DNA of 64,000 nt. It comes from a virus. The DNA is taken from positions 7,489 through 71,488 of the IMG/VR virus record IMGVR_UViG_3300037088_000682; one strand, 5' to 3'. Both the position numbers and the translations under genes were made by a program. The first letter of the stretch is position 1. Each line of letters begins with the position of its first letter. Below the pieces are notes generated by a model that saw nothing but the letters and a program-made list of their open reading frames with translations, was not told the origin of the DNA and did not search any database. Of the stretch, positions 58,063 through 64,000 are shown one piece after another.

Positions 58063-58982
58063 GGGGTCTCCTTAGAACGAGAAGTCCAGGATGATCCTTC
58101 CCTGAATCGAACCAGTAATCGTGGGTGCAACGTTTTCAACCTAATCCGATCTTCTTTGGATCCGCGCCACCCTAACAGAAGATTCAAGGGGCACCCAACA
58201 GGAACCCAACGGTCTAGCGCTAAAATGATCTCGTTCAGCCCTTCGGCCCCTTTCTTGGACAGGCCCTCCATACCCTCGAAGAACACCATGAAGTCTTCTA
58301 GGAGCTGATTGTCCTTGGCTAAATTGAGGATGAACAACAACAGGTCGAGCCGCTCTTCCGCTCCCACGTCCCCTTTGATCCCGGTCTTCAACTTGAGGGA
58401 GGTGAGCGCCGCACCCTCTTTGGCATACCCACCATCAACCCATCGGCCAAGAGCTACAACATTCTCTTCGATGGTCGGGAGTGACCCCCGCTCCTTGGCC
58501 TCGAAGCGGATCTCCACCAGAGCCTTGTAGAATTCGGTCAGGCGCGAGGACTTCTTTCCAACGAGGTCTTTGAGATAGGAGGACAGAACGATGTCCCTGT
58601 GAGCCACCAGACACCATAGGATGTCCCATCCAAGGGGGTTCGATCCTGGGTGCAGGGGTCGGAATGACAGGTTCTCCCGAACCCGGAACTTCGCAGGCAC
58701 CCTCATTCGGCGAACTGTCGACATCAACTGCCCCACCGAGTCTTCTGAGTCACAGAACCCTGATCCCAGTATGACGATTTCCTGAGGAAACTCGTTTGCA
58801 ACTAGTCGCATAACAGACTGTGAGTTGCCCCCTGGGATCACTTTGAAGGTGGGTCTAGAGGTAGAAGAGAGGCCCTTACCCCAATCAATCAGAGGAGCTA
58901 CTTCATATGGGTGTAGCTGCAGGTACTTTGCCCGCCTGGGTTTCAGACGGATATCATCCCAGTATTCCTCGATAGGGGTCAT
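58059..58982 (-). CDS. hypothetical protein, N-terminal IEEYWDDIR motif
   Basis: 307-aa ORF coupled to both neighbours. Confidence 0.7.
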   Translation of the reverse strand: MTPIEEYWDDIRLKPRRAKYLQLHPYEVAPLIDWGKGLSSTSRPTFKVIPGGNSQSVMRLVANEFPQEIVILGSGFCDSEDSVGQLMSTVRRMRVPAKFRVRENLSFRPLHPGSNPLGWDILWCLVAHRDIVLSSYLKDLVGKKSSRLTEFYKALVEIRFEAKERGSLPTIEENVVALGRWVDGGYAKEGAALTSLKLKTGIKGDVGAEERLDLLLFILNLAKDNQLLEDFMVFFEGMEGLSKKGAEGLNEIILALDRWVPVGCPLNLLLGWRGSKEDRIRLKTLHPRLLVRFREGSSWTSRSKETP

Positions 58983-59545
58983 GCTGAAAATAGCTCTCTC
59001 AAGCGAAAACTCAAGGAATCATTCTGAGACTTGACATAGAGAGTGACTACTAGTGATCCATCATTGTCGCGCTCTACTTCATAGTCTTGTGTGAGATCTT
59101 GATCTCGGAACAAGCACTCAAGCACCAGAAGAGCTTGTAGCCCTGTCTTCCTATCCTGTTTCTCCATCCGTATAAGGATCCTATTGAGGGTCTCTCTTGG
59201 AAGATTCCTCAGGAAGTCCTTGACCTCAAGCGCTGGCATTGTGGGCACTTCCAGAAACAGTTGAAGGAGTACAGTTGCATCCTTCTTTCTCTGTTCTACA
59301 AGCAACTCATGTAGTAGCACACGAGAGAATTCGATTAGAACAGGGGTTAACCACTTGTGAATGCTCTCTGAGCTATACTTATCAGCTAATACCGCTGGGA
59401 ACTTTAGGGCAACTGTCTCTAAGGATTTTTCGATGATGGACTCGATACATCCATCAGCCTCTTCGACTGGGGTGATCTGGATACGATCAATTCGAATGGC
59501 ATCCCAGAATTCCTCTAGTTCACTGATACCAAGCGGAGATGGCAT
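58979..59545 (-). CDS. hypothetical protein, N-terminal LEEFWDAIR motif
   Basis: 188-aa ORF. Confidence 0.65.
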   Translation of the reverse strand: MPSPLGISELEEFWDAIRIDRIQITPVEEADGCIESIIEKSLETVALKFPAVLADKYSSESIHKWLTPVLIEFSRVLLHELLVEQRKKDATVLLQLFLEVPTMPALEVKDFLRNLPRETLNRILIRMEKQDRKTGLQALLVLECLFRDQDLTQDYEVERDNDGSLVVTLYVKSQNDSLSFRLRELFSA

Positions 59546-59546
59546 T

Positions 59547-60041
59547 TCAAGTCAGGCCTTTACTTAGCCATTCGGGTAATGGGTCTTTGACTGAGTAACC
59601 GATGGCTACCCAACGTTCGGGTTCCGGAATGGAAAAGATGTGGTTCACCCGCGTCTCTGGCAAGTGGAGGGACTCTAACAACTTCCTGGCAATGATACTG
59701 GACTTCTTCCGCTGCTTCACATCAGGTAGCTTTTTGACACTTTCAGTGAAGGTCTTTGCCATCACGTGTATTCGATCAAATACCAAAGTCCTTAGGTCTT
59801 GCTGAACAAGAACGTGAACTCGGTTACACGAACCGTTCTCGATTACCCGCGAGAGTGCTAGTATTACCGTAGCATCTACTTCTTCAGAATCTTTCTCCTT
59901 TGAGGATACCCCGTGTGTACCTGGTTTTTGATACAGGGAAGTCTGCATCTCGGTCGCAGTGGGGCCGACAAATAGTTGGTGCAACTTCAAGGGGGTCATC
60001 ATGCTGCACCAACGGATACACCAGCGGGATCCCAGAAGCAA
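59547..60041 (-). CDS. hypothetical protein
   Basis: 164-aa ORF; true start probably near 60000. Confidence 0.55.
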   Translation of the reverse strand: MLLGSRWCIRWCSMMTPLKLHQLFVGPTATEMQTSLYQKPGTHGVSSKEKDSEEVDATVILALSRVIENGSCNRVHVLVQQDLRTLVFDRIHVMAKTFTESVKKLPDVKQRKKSSIIARKLLESLHLPETRVNHIFSIPEPERWVAIGYSVKDPLPEWLSKGLT

Positions 60042-60051
60042 GGAATACCAG

Positions 60052-60300
60052 CTAATTCTGCGGTAAAACTCTAGTTGGGAAGACCGTTATTGCCGGCAAG
60101 TGCTTTGACCCCTGCCACTCTTCGAAGGATAAATGCAGGGCTCTAACTGCTACAGGCGAGGCCTTTTCTAATGTTAGTCGAACTCGGAGCACCTGAAGAT
60201 CTTCGGTAGCTATCCAGTTCCTACGAGTAACCTGTTCAGCGAACTCTCCAACTAGGTCGCATCGATATCTCTGAAGGAATAACCACGACAAGAAGCTCAA
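60052..60300 (-). CDS. YozE-like small protein (tentative)
   Basis: MSFLSWL..Q..R.D.VGEFA pattern. Confidence 0.45.
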   Translation of the reverse strand: MSFLSWLFLQRYRCDLVGEFAEQVTRRNWIATEDLQVLRVRLTLEKASPVAVRALHLSFEEWQGSKHLPAITVFPTRVLPQN

Positions 60301-60977
60301 GCTTCCCCTCTTTTAGGCTCGGATAGTGGGAAGATCCTTTCGCTTTGGAGCTGGAAGATTGGTTGGATTGGCTCAGGTTTCATGCCTTCTCGGCTGATCC
60401 ATTGCAACCACTTGTTACCATCGGATCTGAAGTTGACAGCACACCACTTGGCTAGCAGGTCATCAGACCAAAAGACCGGAGATACAGGACGACCTTCTGG
60501 AGGAGCGAACTCCCAAAGTTGCCAAGCTTCCCCGTAGGGCGGTTCGATGGGCTGCCACTCATCATAGAGATTGACCCCTTCATACAATTGTCGAACGGCT
60601 GGGTTTTGATTCGGGATTACCTGAGTCCCATTACATATCCCGCAGACCCCCCAAATTCCCTTTCGGCGAGCTCGAATCTCAACAAGGTAAGATCTGATCA
60701 ACGCAGTATCCGAAGCCCAAACTCTCTTCTGGATCTTCTCAACCTCGGCTACGTCCAACCCACTTTCCTTTGCTGCAAGGATCTCTACTCGAGTTAGTTT
60801 GCAAGCCCACTTTCGAAAAGTCTTGTGTAATAAAGCACACTCTTCATTCAGACCCGTCCCTGAACAAGCAGGACACTCCAAAGGCCCAGGCCACGGATTC
60901 ACATACCCGTGCCAAACCTGTCCGACTGGCCAATCGAAGTCGAACGGGACTCGCTTTACAAACCATCGCTGACTCAC
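60297..60977 (-). CDS. hypothetical protein with DnaJ-type CxxCxGxG motifs
   Basis: CPACSGTG and CGICNGT. Confidence 0.65.
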   Translation of the reverse strand: MSQRWFVKRVPFDFDWPVGQVWHGYVNPWPGPLECPACSGTGLNEECALLHKTFRKWACKLTRVEILAAKESGLDVAEVEKIQKRVWASDTALIRSYLVEIRARRKGIWGVCGICNGTQVIPNQNPAVRQLYEGVNLYDEWQPIEPPYGEAWQLWEFAPPEGRPVSPVFWSDDLLAKWCAVNFRSDGNKWLQWISREGMKPEPIQPIFQLQSERIFPLSEPKRGEA

Positions 60978-61494
60978 GCAGTACCTTGAAATATAAGGAC
61001 TTTTTCAATAGTACCCCTTTCGGTGTAGTTAGGAGTGCGTGAGAACCTGCCTAAGCTCTCGATTACATATAGAGGTGTGTTTATGTAGCACATCTACACA
61101 CCTAATCAGGAGCGGCAACCCTCTAATCCTTTCGCTCGGTTACCCGTACTGAGCTGTTGATTAAGTTTTGTTTCCAGTTGAACCTCACGAACTCACTAAG
61201 TGTGTCAACTCATAAGTTTTTCTATCAACGAATACTACTACCATCGAGAAGTCAACCTGAAACACGTGTCAGATACATTGTTGAATCAAGCATTTACAGA
61301 ATGGTCAATTGAGTATGAAGGTCAAGGGGCCTAATTACTTTTTGATTGACTGAACCTATTATGCGACTATCGTACATCCCCTCTCCAGGAGAGTTGAACT
61401 CATCCAAAAAGACGACTGAAATCCCACGACATTATGGCCTAAATAGTGTGGTTCTCATTTATAGTGGGAGCTACCTGCAAAAAGGAGTAATACC

Positions 61495-62292
61495 TTGGAA
61501 CAGGTAATTGCTTGGATCGTTTCTCTCATTACATCAGTGGCCCCGATGGGCCGAAAACAATACATCCCTGAAGCTACGGAAACCGTTGAAGAAGCCAAAG
61601 CTCGCTACGATTCGATTGCCTCTGATGCAATGATGGTAGCTTATGACCCTCAGGAAAAACCTCTATTTCATGGCAGCCGCGGTCGGGCTCGCACCCTTAT
61701 GGTTATTTTATCAGCGAGTACTTTTGAAAGCTCATTTCGAAAGGATGTTGACCTTGGAATTGGAAAGCTAGCTCAAGGTGACGGTGGTAAGTCTTGGTGT
61801 TTGAATCAGATTCAACTTGGGAAAGTTGATGCTGAGGGTAACACTCCAAATAGAATCGTTGTGACTATTGGGGGTGGTTACAAGTTCAGCAACAAGCCTA
61901 ACGAGGGTTGGAGCGGAACTGACTTAGTTCAAGACCGTCAGAAGTGTTTCCATGCGGCACTAGCAGTCATACGGTCATCGTTCGCTGCAACGTCCAAGCT
62001 TCCGCTTGAGGATAGGTTGAAGGTATACGCAAGTGGTAGCGTTGATAAGGGTGAGGAAGCCAGTAGGCGAAGAATGGGCCTAGCAATGAGATGGATGGCA
62101 ACTAAGTCACCACACTTCAAGGACTCAGAAGTACTTGATTGGATCAACTCTCAACAAGAAGATGTCCCAACTGTCAAAATCATTGACAAGGACATGCTGA
62201 TCTCAAAGTGGGAACCAGGATACAATGTGAAAAACACATTTGTCAGTATACACCTCCCAATTCAACCGCATTTCAGTGACCTGAGTCTCTGA
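61495..62292 (+). CDS. lysozyme-like / lytic transglycosylase-like protein
   Basis: FESSFR...GDGGKSWCLNQI resembles the SLT catalytic motifs; AAGGAG ribosome-binding site. Confidence 0.55.
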   Translation: MEQVIAWIVSLITSVAPMGRKQYIPEATETVEEAKARYDSIASDAMMVAYDPQEKPLFHGSRGRARTLMVILSASTFESSFRKDVDLGIGKLAQGDGGKSWCLNQIQLGKVDAEGNTPNRIVVTIGGGYKFSNKPNEGWSGTDLVQDRQKCFHAALAVIRSSFAATSKLPLEDRLKVYASGSVDKGEEASRRRMGLAMRWMATKSPHFKDSEVLDWINSQQEDVPTVKIIDKDMLISKWEPGYNVKNTFVSIHLPIQPHFSDLSL

Positions 62293-62325
62293 GAAGAATC
62301 CTTTATTCAAGAATCCAGTAGGAGG

Positions 62326-62772
62326 ATGTCAATGGCTATCTCGAATCAGGAACTATCAGATCTCAAATCCAGGGCACTTGCGGCTACTAGAACTGGAACG
62401 AATATCGCACGTGTAGCTGCATATCTGGATGAACTAGTTCGAGAAGTTGGCTCCTCCCAGCCCGAGCGGGGCAAGGAAACAGACACGGAATACCTTCTCA
62501 CGGTTATTGCTGAAGTGGAAGCCCAACGAGCCAATCCTACGCAGAGCCCCTCTGCTCCGCAACCTGAAGAGGTAGCTCAAGCTCCTGAACCTGTTGTGGT
62601 TGAAGCTCCACCCGAGATAACCGTTGAAGGTACCGCCCTGGATGACCAGTGGTCGGAACCGGTTCAGTCCTTCGTCGAAGAAGAAGTGGAAGCCGAAGAA
62701 ACTTCGGCTCCTGAGGTCTCCCCCAAACCCAAAAGTGGCAAGAAGCACAAGGGTGAAAAGAAGGGTAAGTAA
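62326..62772 (+). CDS. hypothetical Pro/Glu-rich protein with basic tail
   Basis: AGGAGG ribosome-binding site. Confidence 0.6.
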   Translation: MSMAISNQELSDLKSRALAATRTGTNIARVAAYLDELVREVGSSQPERGKETDTEYLLTVIAEVEAQRANPTQSPSAPQPEEVAQAPEPVVVEAPPEITVEGTALDDQWSEPVQSFVEEEVEAEETSAPEVSPKPKSGKKHKGEKKGK

Positions 62773-62775
62773 CCT

Positions 62776-63486
62776 TCAGGCTACCGTGTCATCCGTGTTG
62801 AAGGTTGCCTGGGTAACATCGTCGAGACTCTGGGCCATCGTAAGAGCTACTAGGTTTTGAATCTTGTTCTTCTGATCATCCGTCAAGTCTGGCGGAGTCG
62901 TGTAATCCACATTCAACTGTGAAATAGTGTGGAATACAGATGTTAGGGTGTGAGTATAGCTGCTTTCGTCGGCTGTGTAATAGCATTGCTGCCTGAGTAG
63001 GTGCGAGAACTGAGCTGGGTCGCCGGCAAGCACTGCAGGCCAAGACCTGGCAAATCTCTTGTTGAGTAGACCGATGTAGTCGACTGCCCCATCCAGTAAT
63101 GTGTTGAAGGCTCTGAATCGGCATCCTGGATGGTCTGGGTAGAACCAGATGATAGACAACCCATCATTCCGATCCTGAGTCACCTTGGCAGTCGTGGGGT
63201 TCGCAGCAGCCATTGCATGAGCTGTGGCGGTCTTCAGGATTTCATTGCAGGCAAAGAAGCAATAGTCATGACCATCACCACCAACAGACTTAACGTTGCC
63301 TAAATTGTAGCACCACATACTGGCCCCCCAGCCAGTTTCTAAGGCCCATTGGCCGGCCAGGCACCAGACAGATTCTTTTTTTGGACTTTCGCCGAATAAG
63401 TGAGCCCACGCCTCGTACAGAGCTCGAATCAGGTCTTCTTTGCTGACAGGAGTCTTCTGAGCAACTAGTTCGGAGGGCATACCCAA
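62776..63486 (-). CDS. glucosaminidase/muramidase (GH73/FlgJ-like) peptidoglycan hydrolase
   Basis: QWALETGWG...YNLGNVK...FRAF...Y...YYT. Confidence 0.7.
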   Translation of the reverse strand: MGMPSELVAQKTPVSKEDLIRALYEAWAHLFGESPKKESVWCLAGQWALETGWGASMWCYNLGNVKSVGGDGHDYCFFACNEILKTATAHAMAAANPTTAKVTQDRNDGLSIIWFYPDHPGCRFRAFNTLLDGAVDYIGLLNKRFARSWPAVLAGDPAQFSHLLRQQCYYTADESSYTHTLTSVFHTISQLNVDYTTPPDLTDDQKNKIQNLVALTMAQSLDDVTQATFNTDDTVA

Positions 63487-63526
63487 ACTAGCTATAAGAG
63501 GAATCTACTCATACCAGATCTTGGGT

Positions 63527-64000
63527 ATGGCAAACTCCGGTGATACCTTCGTAGAATTAGTTCGAAAATATATTGGTTGCTCGCTCCTGGTTCGAAAGGA
63601 TGACCTAGCAACCCTGGTCTGTCGTGGAGTTGATGATCCTAATCAGACGGTTCTCATCAAGACCAACTGTGGGATGTTCTCCCTTAGGTATTCTGCATGA
63701 AGCTGGAGTTCAACACGACCTTCTCAAGCAGCCCTACAAGTCGGGAATGGCCATCGCCTGGATCCGTACCATTGGGACAGACCTCAAAGCCCTCAACAAG
63801 TACAGCAGTGCCAACGCCCCCAAGGCCGGGTCGCTGCTCCACTACTACACGCCGGGGAAGAACGACAACCACGTCGAATGGCTTCTCTCGGACATGGACG
63901 ACCAGGGTTGTGCTACCCATGCTGGTGGCGGCCGCACCGATAATGCTGTCACCTCTGCCTCAGGAGACGTCCTGACTAACTACTACCGGCCCCTGCAGGA
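63527..64000 (+). CDS. CHAP/NlpC-P60-like amidase (partial; frameshift near 63680)
   Basis: MANSGDTFVELVRKYIG...TNCGMF continues in a shifted frame as LGILHEAGV...PKAGSLLHY...NHVEW; runs off the window. Confidence 0.5.

Noticed and set aside
5547-63700. Alternative genetic code (stop-codon reassignment) as the cause of split genes
   Set aside because: The breaks change reading frame rather than being in-frame stops, and TAG, TGA and TAA all terminate intact genes.
1181-63975. Many antisense or overlapping ORFs in the track (e.g. 1455, 22564, 29198, 38372, 49299, 63697)
   Set aside because: Shadow ORFs opposite or within better-supported genes, lacking motifs or start signals.
1-64000. CRISPR array, tRNA or rRNA genes
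   Set aside because: No regularly spaced direct repeats or cloverleaf-compatible sequences seen by eye; tRNAscan was not run.

Overview
A 64-kb gene-dense stretch (roughly 50% GC) of a large, probably jumbo, bacteriophage genome. It carries more than 100 short ORFs on both strands, mostly hypothetical, with no rRNA, tRNA or CRISPR array. Host-like accessory genes include an RpoH-type sigma factor, pyrE, pyrF, tdk, coaD, a CCA-adding enzyme, two response-regulator receivers, NADAR, a 2H phosphoesterase, an RNA-ligase-like gene, two AAA+ ATPases, HNH nucleases, a papain-like protease and three peptidoglycan hydrolases. A Myxococcota-like host is my inference only. The main observation is that at least 22 otherwise unrelated proteins end in the same short C-terminal peptide, P-[TS]-R-F-[EQD]-R followed by either D/E-x-V-I/V-stop or I-L plus an acidic tail. 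It is encoded with varied synonymous codons, so it looks like a protein-level sorting, docking or degradation tag. Several tagged or neighbouring proteins contain apparent fragments of virion proteins (major capsid, tail fibre). A second motif, (I/L/F)E(E/D)(Y/F)W..(I/V)R, recurs near N-termini. A GGTGTA element sits about 9-10 nt upstream of many start codons, suggesting phage-specific promoters and leaderless mRNAs. At least six frameshifts are present and may be assembly errors. All family assignments come from motif recognition, not database searches.
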